Made by a program: the position numbers and the translations under genes. 64,000 bases of DNA from the human T2T-CHM13v2.0 reference genome, Homo sapiens. Location: assembly GCF_009914755.1 (NCBI RefSeq), contig NC_060934.1. One strand, 5' to 3'. The notes beneath the pieces were generated by a model. It was not told the origin of the DNA. It was given only the letters and a program-made list of their open reading frames with translations, and did no database searches. This document shows, piece by piece, positions 1 through 12,543 of the stretch. How positions within the stretch are numbered: position 1 is the first letter of the stretch; each line of letters opens with the position of its first letter.

Positions 1-300
1 TTACTGTTGATGTGTTTAGGTGTGATAATGAGATTGTGACTAGGTTTTTTTTTTAAAGAGTCATTATCCTTTAGAGCTGCCTGCTGAAATACTTACGGAT
101 GAAATGAGATGATGTCAGAGATTTACTATGAAATACTCCAGTAGTGGGAGAGTGGAGAGGGTATGGACAGAATGAAATTGGCCCTAAGTTGGCAAATGTT
201 GAAGATGGATGTTGGGATCATGGTACTTTGTTGTTCTCTCCACTTTTGTACATGTTTGGAATTTTCCATGATGAACAGAAGTTTAAAAAAAAAAAAAAAA
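1..300 (+). mobile_element. Old L1 (L1ME-like) 3' end with A tail
   Basis: L1M 3'UTR-like text (gatgaaatgagatgatgtcagagattt...tgtttggaattttccat) ending in an A-run. Confidence 0.55.
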
Positions 301-2584
301 CTCTACCGAGGGGACTCCCAGCTCCACCACTGACCGGCTGGGGCCCTCCCAACCATTCCTGGCTTCCCTGAGCCTCAGTGTCCCCACGGGTAGGGGCTCC
401 TGCCTGCAGGGAGTAGTGTCTAGCAAGAACTCCATCCCTGTTCATTATTTCTGCTATTTGTTTATGAGTGTTTACTCTCTGTTTCTCTTGGGACAGTCTC
501 AAAGGAGCATCAAATTAATTGATTATCCTCCAACAGGGCGCAGGTATTTTTTGCTTCTTCCAAGAAGCTTGCTTGATACCCAACTCGGCTGAAGTGGGCG
601 TCTCCCCAGGATCATCCTGACACTCTGCAGGGGCATCCCCCATTAGACTGAGCTGTCCTCGGCACCTAGCATGCCGTAAGCACTCAGTAAGTACTATTTG
701 ACCAACCAAATGAATGAACTCTGCATCCCTGGCTTTTCAGGGTCCCACTTTGCTGAAAGAAGTCCAAAAGATACGATGCAGAAATCTGCCTTCTCAGCAT
801 TACTCTGTCTCTGCTTTGCTGTGTGGTCCTGAGCAAGAATCTCAACCTCTCTGAGCCTCTTAAGTCACTCTTCCTGATGGCCATGCTGTGACAGGAAATG
901 GATGGAAATCTGACCATTGCCCATTGCCTCCCAGTTTCAGGTGAACCTGCCTTTGTAACACAACATTGCTTGGGGGTGAGGCCTGTACTGAAGGGAACTG
1001 CCCAAATGGCCAGCCCGAAGCAGCTCCCATGGCCTCAGCTTGAAAGGCACCACCACATCCAACCCACCCACCTCCCCTCTCTGCTAGATTCCCTCGTGGT
1101 CCACAGAGACTCTGCACAAAGTCCTCGGGCTCTCAACGACTTTCATCAATGAGACTCTCATTGTGATAAAAATCACTCACCGATGACATTTAAGAACAAA
1201 TAGGTTAACATTTCAGACAAGCCCATAACACAACAAACCCCATGAGGGATCCTTTTCAGACAGGGGAATTGGCTGCTAGAAACCACCAAGTAAGCGACGT
1301 CTTCTGACTGCCAGAATTGCAGCTTTAACAGCTGGGAGAAGAAAACACAGCCTGCCAATGTGATTTTACCAATGGTCCAGCATGCCTATAACCCATGTAA
1401 GTATGGCTGAAAACCCACACAAGAACTTCGGGCAGCTCCATACCCAGGTGAGCAATATTCAGAGATTCTGGCGGTGACAATCACATGAACTGCAACTTAT
1501 GCAGATTATGACACCTGCACCTGCAGCTGTGGAGACCTTCATGGATCCTGTGGGGCACACAGGCCCCCAGCAGCTCTGGGTCCTCGGCCCAGGACACAGA
1601 GGAAAGGCCCAGCCCAAGGCTGTGGCTGAACAGTGTCTGGACAGAAGAGCACAGCTGTTTGGGGGGATCTGATGGCCGGTCCCCCTGGATCCTCCAGAGA
1701 GCTTGGCAGGCGATACCACAGCTAAAGGCCAGAATGGAATAAGGAAAACATTTCCCCTCCGTTCCTTGGCCTAGAACAGCCTAGAGGAAAGGGCTTTGGG
1801 GGCCAGGAGCAGAGCCAGCTTCCTGGGTTGGTTTCCTAGTTCTAGAACACTGGCAGCCCAGGTGGCTACTGGGCCAAACCCTTGTTTAATGTGGCTCCTC
1901 TGTGCCTGTCTGAATGCTTCCCCAAGCTTCCAAGACCAGCTCATTGCCCTCTCCTTCCTCTTCCTCTCCTCCCTCCACACCCAGCATCCCCAGCCTCCCA
2001 GCTCTGCTCTGATCCCATTTTGCACACCAGCTGAGCCTTCTCACCCACTCACTGTTCCCGGGGCTCTACTCCCACACTGCATAGCAGCTGCCAGGGCCAA
2101 TGCCCAGCATGCACACAGGTGCAGTGGATTTGAGGAGTACCTACTCAGTGCAGGGTCCAGTGAGGCCCTAAGGAAATAGAGAATAAACAAAATACGCAAA
2201 GACAAGCTCTCTTCTCCTAGCAAACTCTCCCTCCAGGGAGGAGGCCATAGGAACCGGAGGCTCCAGGGCAGGCAGACCTAGCTGCACATAGCAGCTCAGG
2301 AGTCCCTCTGGTGCTCATCACAGCTTCCTGAAGTCCCCACGTCTAGCTGGAGCTCCCACAACCAAGGGCTCATGCTGGCGAACATGGGGCCAGAGATGGA
2401 TTGGGAGATACCCAAGGAAATGCAGCCCCATTGGAGCAGCAGAGGGGAGCAGGGAGCTCAGGGGATGCAAGGCAAGGGATTCCAGGTACACGGTGCTTCT
2501 GAGGCCCTGAGACGCCCCAAACCTCTTCCATTCTCAGCTGTCTTCCCAGCCAGGTCCCAAACCTCCAGGCTGCATTGCAGGGTG

Positions 2585-2603
2585 CTGGCGCCCTCTAGTG
2601 GAA
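2585..2603 (-). promoter_or_regulatory. CTCF motif
   Basis: Minus strand TTCCACTAGAGGGCGCCAG matches the CTCF core CCAC/TAGRKGGCR. Confidence 0.7.
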
Positions 2604-3878
2604 AAAATGGCAGGTGCCCCCGGCTCCTTTACTGAGGAAGGAGGATTCAAGTTCCCAGGCAGGCACAAGCTCAGGGCAAGACTGTGCAGTGCAGGACACT
2701 TGCTTCCAGCCCCAGCATCCCTCCCCTTGTCCCTTCTCAGCATTTCCCCCTTCTTCCCACAGATCTCAGACACAAAGCCACGCATTCTCCCTCCCACTCT
2801 TCCCCAGTTTGCTTTGCCAATCTTATGTCTATCAATGTGTAAAATTTACACTGTAAATGAATAATAAGGGATAATATGGTGGGTTTTTTAGGTGCAGCTG
2901 GCACAGTCTCTGTTAGGAGTGAAGTTCCAACATGGTGATTTAGACATTAAAGAGGTATTTCTAGGCGGCACGCGAGGCACCGCTTTCCCCTTCTGAGAGG
3001 AAGTAGGCTTCTATACCATATGACTTGAAATCAGGAGCATTCCACTTTTCAAAGGCCAAGGTGTAACCAGTGGACCCTAAAGGGGAGTGAGGGAGATCCT
3101 GAGCTCACTGCCTAGGCAACATCTGAGAGGACCAAGCGGGCTTGGAGTCCCCTAGGCACAGCAATGGAGGGCGGGGGAGAAAAGCAATGACCCGCCCTCA
3201 CCCTCACTCTGCAGCCACTGGAGGCATCCCTAGGTGCTCCCAAGACAGCAGGTGGCATGTGGCAAGAGAAGCCCATCCAGACCCATTGGCACCCATTTCT
3301 CCAACAATATCAAATCCCTATGCTTGTCAGAGAGGCCACTTCCCCATAGCCCAGGAAAAGCTTTTTAAGAGACACAACAGTGAATCAAGCACGGTTCCTG
3401 CCCTCGAGGAGTTGGGAGGCCATTCATCGAATGTCAGATCCAACTGCCAATCTCACACTACCCCTCCTGTGCTGTGCTGCACTAGGGCTGTCAAACACAT
3501 CACACTTTACCTCCCAGACTGCACATGGCCTCAGGACCCCTCCCTCTCTGTGCTCTGGAGGCAGCTGTCCTCCACCCCACCCTAAGCCACTGGAGTTTAC
3601 CTTGACAGTGTGCCCTATCCCTGTATGGTGGAGAGAGCCTGCTCACCGGTCTCCAGAATGCCCAAATCCACCCATTTCTCTGCGTCCCCACCCAAGCTAC
3701 CAGCATCTCTTTCTGGACTATGGTTTCTTTTCCTCCCCTTCCACTCAGGACACTGTATACAGATCAGCGGAGGGAAAAAAATGCTCTTTAAAAAGCTTGA
3801 GTCTTCATTACCCCCCTTCAACAGCTTCCCTACCTGGCCCTCTGGCATCCCTCTCAGCTCAGATGCTGCCTTCAGCCT

Positions 3879-4233
3879 TGATATGGTTTGGCTGTGTCCC
3901 CACCCAAATCTTATCTTGAATTGTAGCTCCCATAATTACCATCTGTTGTGGGAGGGACCTGGTGGAAAATAACTGAATCATGGGGTCAGTTTCCCCCATA
4001 CTGTTCTCGTGGTAGTGAATAAGTCTCACAAGATCTGAAGGTTTTATAAGGAGTTTCCTCTCTCGCTTGGCTCTCATTCTCTCTTGTCTGCCGCCATGTA
4101 AGATGTGCCTTTTGCCTTAATTGTGAGGCCTTCCCAGCCACGTGGAACTGTGAGTCCATTAAACCTCTTTTTCTTTAGAAGTTACCCAGTCTCAGGTATG
4201 TCTTTATCAGAGGCATGAAAACGGACTAATACA
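3879..4233 (+). mobile_element. THE1 (MaLR) solo LTR
   Basis: Starts TGATATGGTTTGGCTGTGTCCCCACCC and ends CGGACTAATACA; 5-bp TSD AGCCT at 3874-3878 and 4234-4238. Confidence 0.93.
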
Positions 4234-4319
4234 AGCCTTCTCTCAGCTTCTCCACCAGCCCAGTCTCTTCCCGCCTTAGGGTCCTCCTCACGCCATCCCC
4301 TCTGCCAGGGCAGCCCACT

Positions 4320-4630
4320 CCCACCCCACTAGCCCCTTGCCAACCTGGCTCTTTCTCAGTCTTGAGGCTTAGCTGAAACATCACCTTGCTCAGAGAAGCC
4401 TCGCCAGCTGGCACCCCACAACACACGACCACAGCACCCATGGGTTCCCCACACTGCCCTCGTGGTAGGCTGTGATTGTTTTCCTTACACTGTTTACCTT
4501 TAGCCCCATCTTGCCAGCTGGAATAGAAGCTCAAGGAGAGTTGAGATGTTGACTTCATTCACCATTGTATCCCTGGCATCTTGCCGCACATAGTAGGTGC
4601 TCAGCAAACATTAGAATGAAAGAATACATG
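4320..4630 (+). mobile_element. L2 3' end fragment
   Basis: Typical L2 tail ...cattgtatccctggcatc...catagtaggtgctcag...gaatgaa. Confidence 0.6.
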
Positions 4631-5357
4631 AAAGGGCCCAGCACCATAGAAGCAATGCAATGAGGTTTCAGAGGAGGAAGCAATCACTTACAGGTTGGGG
4701 TGGAGAATAAGATTTGAACATGCAGAGGTGAGGAATAAGAAACTGCAGAAGCAAAGGCATGGGGTGGGGTGTGCCTGAGGAAGCACTGAGTGCAGTGAAC
4801 AGGGAAGGCCAGGGAAAAGCAGGTGGTCTTGGAGGGCTCTGACAGTGATTGACGGAGGAGCAGAAAGGCTCAGGGAAGATGGGCTGCAAGGCAGAGGTGG
4901 GCAGAGAAACTGGAGAGAAGGCAATAAAATCAGCAGAGACAATTTGACAGAGAGTGACCAGAGCCTGGACCAGCACAGGGGACGGGCAGATGTGAAACCC
5001 AGGCAGAGGTGACAGGGCCTGTCTCCTGGCAGGGGACAGGCTGCCTCGGGTCCCCATCAATCCACATCCCTGTGCCTCTAGGCTGCAGACAGGAAACAGA
5101 GGCTAGATGGAGACCTTGGGATCCCTGAGCCATGCCCATTGCTGCCACTTTTACCCCACTTCCCACCCCATCTGCATTTCTGTCTCTCCTTTCCTTTCCT
5201 CCACTTGAAGGATCCATCCTGAGGTCTCATTTCTGGCCGTCAGTGATAAGCTGCAGTTGCTAAGAAGCACCCCAGGAGGCGTCCACCTGGTCCCAGGGTC
5301 TGGGCGGAGGCCACACCTTTTTTTCCAGTCCTGGGCCTGGTACCCCTTGATGAAATC

Positions 5358-5393
5358 TGACCGCCATCTAGTGGACAGAGTTGGAATGCGCAG
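5358..5393 (-). promoter_or_regulatory. CTCF motif with a possible upstream (ZF9-11) module
   Basis: Minus strand TGCGCATTCC-AACTC-TGTCCACTAGATGGCGGTCA. Confidence 0.75.
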
Positions 5394-5415
5394 TGTGGCC
5401 ACACCCTGCACCCTG

Positions 5416-5645
5416 GTCCAGGCGGGGCCTGATGCAAGCAAATTGGCATCGGAAAATTCACGACCAACAAGAAGGCTGAGGAGGCTGGTGAACCCCAAAC
5501 CACTAGTCCTGCATACGGATGCCCCTGCTGAAGTCCAGGTGAGGCTTAATGCAAGCAAATTAGCATCTGAAAATTCATGACCATTAGCAAGGCTGAAAAG
5601 GGTGGTGAACCCCAAAGCAGTAGCCCTGCACATGGATGCCCCTGT
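5416..5645. repeat. Diverged tandem duplication, 117-bp period, 2 copies
   Basis: gtccagg..atgcaagcaaatt.gcatc.gaaaattca...ggtgaaccccaaa...ggatgcccctg begins at 5416 and again at 5533. Confidence 0.9.
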
Positions 5646-7130
5646 TTATGCGGTGGTTTCAATATGCTGGCCAAAGGAGCCAGTGGGCAGGGAGGGGTAG
5701 AAAAGCAGTGGCTCCTGCAGAAAGTGTGCAGACTCATCTGGAAAAGGGCAGGCCTCTTAGCAGAGCTAATGTGTATAAAGTGTTTACCATGTGCCACGCT
5801 GGTGCTAAATGCTTCATGCATGCTCATTACTTCATCTGATCTCCTATCAGGTGGAAATGACTAAGCAAAAAGCAGACACAAGGTTCATGTGGCTGGTAAG
5901 TGCAGAGCAGGGATTTGAACCCAGGAACCCTCAGCCAGATTCTGAATCATAAAGCTATAAACCCCTGGACAGCAGTCACATGCAAAGGCAGTTAAGACAG
6001 AAGGCATTTAGGTAGGAAGCTGCCCCCAGACCATGCACCAGACTCTAGCTGCTCGAAACTCTCGTCTGTTGGTAGTTCAGAGCTCTGTACTGGAAGAAGG
6101 CTGTGAAAATGGACTTGCCCATGACCTTCCAGGTTGTGGCTTTCTATTATCCTGAGGCCCCTGACATGAGATTGGCCCACCCATCACACTCAACAGCAGT
6201 GTGTGCCTCCCTGCTTCAAATACTTATAGCCCCTTTACCCTGGAACGGGTGGGTTTAATTCCTAAGGCAGACACATGGGTCCTGGGAAGCGGGCTTTACT
6301 TTTTTTTGGTAAAGTCCCACATTCTAGAGCATTACCTTCCTTCTCCTTCCCCTCATCTCGAAACCCATATCATGAAATCCAGACATCCAGGAAGGAAATC
6401 AAGGTCAAGGAAACTTCAGGTTCAGTGGGAAGAGTTGGAGTTTGAGTGCCCACTCACGAAGCTTCCCCTAAGAGCTTGAGGAGTTTCCCAAGACACACTC
6501 ATTGTGCTTCTCCATCTGTAAAATGGGAAGTGGCTAGTCGTGCCTGTAAAGCTGTTAGCCCAATGACTGGCAATTAGTTCTTGCTCAATACGTATTACTT
6601 TACCTTTACCCTGAAAAAAAAAAAAAACAAATTGTCTGTCTGCTTTCTTTTTTTCCGTTTTAAATAAAGATAGGCATTTGGAGACATTTCACTCTATTTT
6701 GGAAAAAAGAAAAGTGTACGTCCAATAATTAACAACCCCTCACCCTTGGTCTGAGAACCAACTGGGTAGGGGGAGTGTGGCACATGAAAAGACACATGCC
6801 CCATCCAAATGCTCTCTGTTCACTAGCAACCCCTTACTCCATGCTGCGGCACAGACCCAGGGCCGCCAGGTCTTCTGACAGATTTAACAAAAGCTACAAT
6901 TTTACAGAAAAATGTTCTGACATCTGAAGCATCGACCTCATTTCTTTGAAAATTTAAAGTTATCAAAGTAGCTTTAAATAACTAAAGCTACTTTAATTAT
7001 TTACAGTAGCTTTAGTGATGTGATGTGATGGGTGGGCCATCTGTCTGGAGCCCACAGGTCACCACTATGTGTGGCCACACACAGGCCTCGCATATTATCA
7101 CTTAAGAGTTTTGTTAAGTTTCACTGCTGG

Positions 7131-7506
<376 letters not shown>

Positions 7507-7987
7507 TTAAAAACTAACTCTGATATGAGACCTCCCTCAATCACCATCCAAATCTCCAACTACAATATTGTTAGGTAACTTTTCTTGGATAAAGTCCTGT
7601 GTCCCCTGAGAGCCAGAGGGCTGCCCCAGGTGAGGCCATGGTTGGCCCTTTGTATCTTCTGCCTTCTCTAGGCTCTGTGAATGTGGGTTGATGATGGTAA
7701 TAACCCTCCCCGAATACTTCCCACCCTGAATCCTAATCTCTCTAAGCACAGTTGATCATCTTTCTTCCTGGCAACCAGCAAAGGAACCAGGGCAGTATTT
7801 CCAGATCACTCCTCATCACCAACTTCTGGCAGGGACCTCAAACCCGGAATTAGAAACGTCAGCTTCCCTCTCTCTCCCTCTAATTGTTCCACAACCTGGA
7901 GTGACACTGCATTGGTTAGTGCAACTTAGCAGTCTTTGGAAACACTAGTTGTTGACATGGCTTTGTGGCTCAGCATCTTTTTCTGGC

Positions 7988-8300
<313 letters not shown>

Positions 8301-8320
8301 TGATGAATACTCATGAGGCC

Positions 8321-8712
8321 TGTCTTACTTTGGGTCTCCCTAAAAGCTGCTAGAGAGACAGGAGTTTGGCTGCAAGTCATTTATGTGCGAGCTGATGCCA
8401 GGAAGGCCAGTTAGGGACTGGGACAGGGAGACACAGAGGGGAAAAGCCAAGAAAGGGGTGCTCATGAGTAGGTCACTGATGAGGGCAACTGGAGCATCAT
8501 CCCACCCACAGGAACCCTCCAAAGCATGCCCTTGAGGGGCAGAGAAGGTGAGCTGTTTATCCCCCAGCTCTCACCTCTGGGGTGTTGGCTCCCAAGCACC
8601 AGAGGCAGAAACCAAGAACACCCTCCACAGAGAGACCCAGGAAGAGAGGGGGTGCAGGAACATCCACATCTGTCCTGCAGGGTGGCTGAGGGGAGAAAGA
8701 TAGGGCCTACAG
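8321..8712. mobile_element. Old ERVL LTR (LTR16/LTR33-like)
   Basis: Starts tgtcttactttgggtctccc...ggagtttggctgcaagtcatttat...caggaag, resembling that family's consensus from memory. Confidence 0.5.
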
Positions 8713-9549
8713 AATCTACTGCAAAACTCCGCCTCAAGAAAGTCCAATTCTGTGACCGAAGCCCACCTTTACGCCTAAATTACACTGCAAAGCACCTCAC
8801 ACTGGCTCAGCAGGTTTTCCTAACACTCCCGTGCTAGACATGTTGTCAGTCATTGTTACTAGCCCTAATTAACAAAAGGGAGAGATCAAGTGTGTGCCCG
8901 AAGTCATATAACCAATTACTAACTCTACTTTGCAGACTCGATGACCTTCATATTACTGAAGACCTTGCCAGGGGGCTACTTTAAATAGCAAAGCATTTAC
9001 TCCTTTAAAATCATGTTGTAATTTTTAAAGTTGATTTCCTTGGAGCTTTTTGGGGATTCACCTGGTGTGGGGTATCTCCTGTCTCTGTGTGCCTGGCCTG
9101 GCTACAGTAACTCCACATTCAGTATCTACCAAGTCTTAGCCCCTCACAGTGCCATGAGACCCAAATGTCTTTCTGACAGTTACTCTTTCAACCTCTACAT
9201 GTCACCATTATGTAAAATTATTTCCTGGGCCCTGACAAGATTTTATCTTTAATAAAACTGAATTAAAACAGCAAGCACAGGCACACCATTTCAGCTGACC
9301 CTCCTGGTTCAAAAGATTAGAATAAAGAAGTATGAATTCTCACGAAGAGAAAGAACTAAATGCAAGGTTGTTGCCAATAAAAATTAAGTTTCATCCTGAC
9401 CAGAAACAATGATTGTGTTCCATTGCCCATTTTAGATATACTCTCCAAATTTAATTTCCTGCCCTGTGTCTGCAGTGAGAGGGAACTTCTATGGGGGAAT
9501 GTTAAGGAGGCCAGAAGCCTCCTACAAAACAGATTATACAAAAATTCCT

Positions 9550-9847
9550 GGCTGGGCACGGTGGCTCACGCCTGTAATCCCAGCACTTTGGGAGGCCAGG
9601 GTGGGTGGATCACGAGGTCAGGAGATCGAGACCATCCTGGCCAACATGGTGAAACCCCATCTCTACTAAAAGTACAAAAATTAGCTGGGTGTGGTGGCAC
9701 GCGCCTGTAGGCCCAGCTACTCGGGAGGCTGAGGCAGGAGAATTGCTTGAACTCAGGAGGCGGGGTTGCAGTGAGCCAAGATCAGGCCACTGCACTCCAG
9801 TCTGGGCAACACAGGGAGACTCCAGCTCAAAAATAACAACAAAAAAA
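9550..9847 (+). mobile_element. Alu (AluSc-like)
   Basis: GGATCACGAGGTCAGGAGATCGAGACCATCCTGGCCAACATGG diagnostic segment. Confidence 0.93.
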
Positions 9848-11229
9848 TCCTGACCCGGAGGCAGAAAGACACTTTGTGTAAAAACAAACAAATGAAGAAA
9901 CAGCTTGTAGTTTCGAGCCTTAAAGCATGATGTAGCTTTGGCCCTGTTAAAATCATTACTGTCCCAGGATTCCAGGTTTGGAAGTGATCCATTCAGTATC
10001 TTGGAGGGGAGGGGTGTCTCCTGACTGCAGAGGGAGGGGGCCAGGACCATAGCCTGCACAGTGAGGGAGGACAGGGTGGAACTGCCACCTGTTCCCTCAG
10101 CCACAAGAGAAAAGTGAGTTTTCCAACCCAGTGAACACAGTGAGAGACTTCAAAGTGAACCTGACTAAAGCTCGCTTTGTGCTCAAAACACTTCCCAAAT
10201 AAGTGCCATCTCCAGATTCTGTTTCAAAGTTAGTTGTTCTCTCTTCCAGACATGGACCCACCAGGGATGCTAAGCGACTCCACTGAGCATTTGTAAAACA
10301 CAATGTTGAAGCTCAAGTTGGAAAACAGCCACACCACTTGCCGACACCACGACGCTGAGAAATTGCTCACATTCAGGTTACTATTAGGGTTGTTTAGGAC
10401 CATGATCAGCATGGTGTCTGCAGCATACAATAAAAATACTACCCTATGCTAAGTTGCTGAGTGTGGCTCTGTGCCATAACAGATTTGCAATAAGCAGTAG
10501 CACATTCTGGCTATTTTCAACCTCAAAGACTCCCTTCCTGCTCTACTCTGTGCAAGAACATTCTAAGAGATCTTCTGCGAAGCTCTTCGCTCACTTTCTC
10601 TTCCCCCATCCTGAGGATGTTTTCCTAAGCACTGTTTTCCCTGTGCTTTTGTCAATTGCTCCTAGATGAAGGTTCCTTGGGTTTGCAAACTCCAGAAAGA
10701 AGCATGTCACAATGATCAAGAGAAAATGTGAACTCTGTGTTACCAGTCTGAAGCAAACTACTTCACCGGTGAGTCTCAGTTTCAACGCTGGTAGGATGGG
10801 GCTAATAGTACCCACCCCAGAGGACTGAGATGATACATACAAAGTGCTTAGCACAGTGCCTAATGATAGAAGCACAAGTCAGTCCTAGATATGTCTGCCA
10901 CACTGTTTTGCTGGAGCCAATTAACTTCCGTCCAGTCCACCTCATTATGCCATTTGCCAAGCTTCACATCAAAGATATGCATGATTTGACTTTGCTGCAG
11001 GAAAACTTGGTCATTTTACTGACTTGTCTGTGTTCCCTTTGGCTGGTGTTGACTGGACTGTGTCAAACAATGTTGCTTCTGGTCTAGATTCTATCAACTT
11101 ACTGTGTGAGCACTGGTAATCTTCTCTTCTGTAAAACTTGGAGGCAGAATACTAGGTGACGCTTAATTTCCCTCTGAACGACGCATAAGCTTCCTCAGAG
11201 CTAAACTTTCTAACCCATGATTCTTTGAC

Positions 11230-11690
11230 ATCTTAAAAAGACTGTCTGGCTGGGGAGAGACTGCCCCTCCTGGCACTAGTCAATTCTTAGAGATGGCAAA
11301 GGACTCAGCCAGGAGCCTACTTTGATATACACACTAATTAATCCAGAGCCATGCCTTCTCAATCTGGCCCATACACCCTTGCAAGCAATATTCCTCTACC
11401 TAACTCATCCCAGGGACTGATAACAGAAAACTAAGGACCACTCCTATAGTTTAGAGCCCAGTGAAATTATCCAGACTATTCCATTATCAATGCTAAACAG
11501 TTCACCCTGCCCTGCCCTGCCTTTCCCTCAGAAGCATCAATAAATGCTCCGACCCAAGCCCCCACCACGCTCCTGTCTTCTGCCTCCTGACCACCCCTGT
11601 GTCTTTCCCATGTGGCCCTGTGTGGGGTGTCCCATGCCTCCTGTCTCTACGACCTATGACTATAATAAATTGTGTCTCTTCTGTGGCCAC
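11230..11690 (+). mobile_element. LTR remnant (ERVL, MER54/MER74-like; subfamily uncertain)
   Basis: LTR-like text (tcttagagatggcaaaggactcagcc...aatccagagcc...aataaa). Confidence 0.45.
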
Positions 11691-12324
11691 ACCTGACTGG
11701 CCATCACATGAAAGCATACAAAACACACACAGTTGTTTCACACTTGCCGGCCTACAAAACACTTCCGCCTTCATTAAACCTAATTTCATCTTCAAAAATC
11801 CACTGTGCATTTGCCCCTATGCCATACGGAGAACAACCATGCCCACAGAAGTGACATGATCAGCTCAGAGTCTGCATGCGCACAAGAAAGCCAGCTCTCA
11901 GTCCTAGGTTTACTGACCAAGGGATCAGTTTAAAGGACTGTGTAAAGCTCACACACACAATTCAACTCGGGCAAGCCTCCTTTTCATAGATTGAGGGCTA
12001 AGAAGCACCTCAATGCCAAACTTTGTGGTGTAAGTCACCCAACTGCATGCGAGCTATGCCAGCATCTACAGAGATGGCTAGACAATGACAAGGCTCAAGG
12101 CAGCCATTTCCCATTGTAGAAAGAAACATCTCCAGGTACATAAAGGATCTAAGCACTGTTACCTGAAAGCCCAGCTCTGTCCCGTTTACTTGATCACTTT
12201 AACACGTCCTGGAGGAAAAGCCACTTTAGAAGGGCATTTATCACCCATGCCCTCTCCCTCATTTTTACTTCCAGAGTACACTGTGTAGAACTGTGAAATG
12301 CCTGATTGTGCCAAGTGTCTAGAG

Positions 12325-12543
12325 CAAGGGTGCTCAAACTTCATGTGTATCACAATCACCTGAGGACTTGTTAAAATACGTATTGCTGGTCTCTGGGTTG
12401 GGGCTCAAAGTAGTTGCATTTCCAACAAATTGCTCTGGTGATACTGAAATTGCCCAGGTGATACTGAAATTTCCCAGGTGATACTGAAATTGCCCAGGTG
12501 ATACTGATGCTGCTTGTCTGATAACCACACTTGACAATCACTG
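12325..12543. mobile_element. MER5A (hAT-Charlie) with an internal 20-bp tandem expansion
   Basis: ctcaaact...aatcacctg...ttgttaaaatac...ggtgatactgatgctg; TSD-like GTCTAGAG/GTCTAGAC; AAATTGCCCAGGTGATACTG x4 at 12427-12506. Confidence 0.8.

Noticed and set aside
12427-12506. Short direct repeats that look superficially CRISPR-like (also 47101-47214)
   Set aside because: Head-to-tail repeats without unique spacers, in human DNA, with no cas genes.
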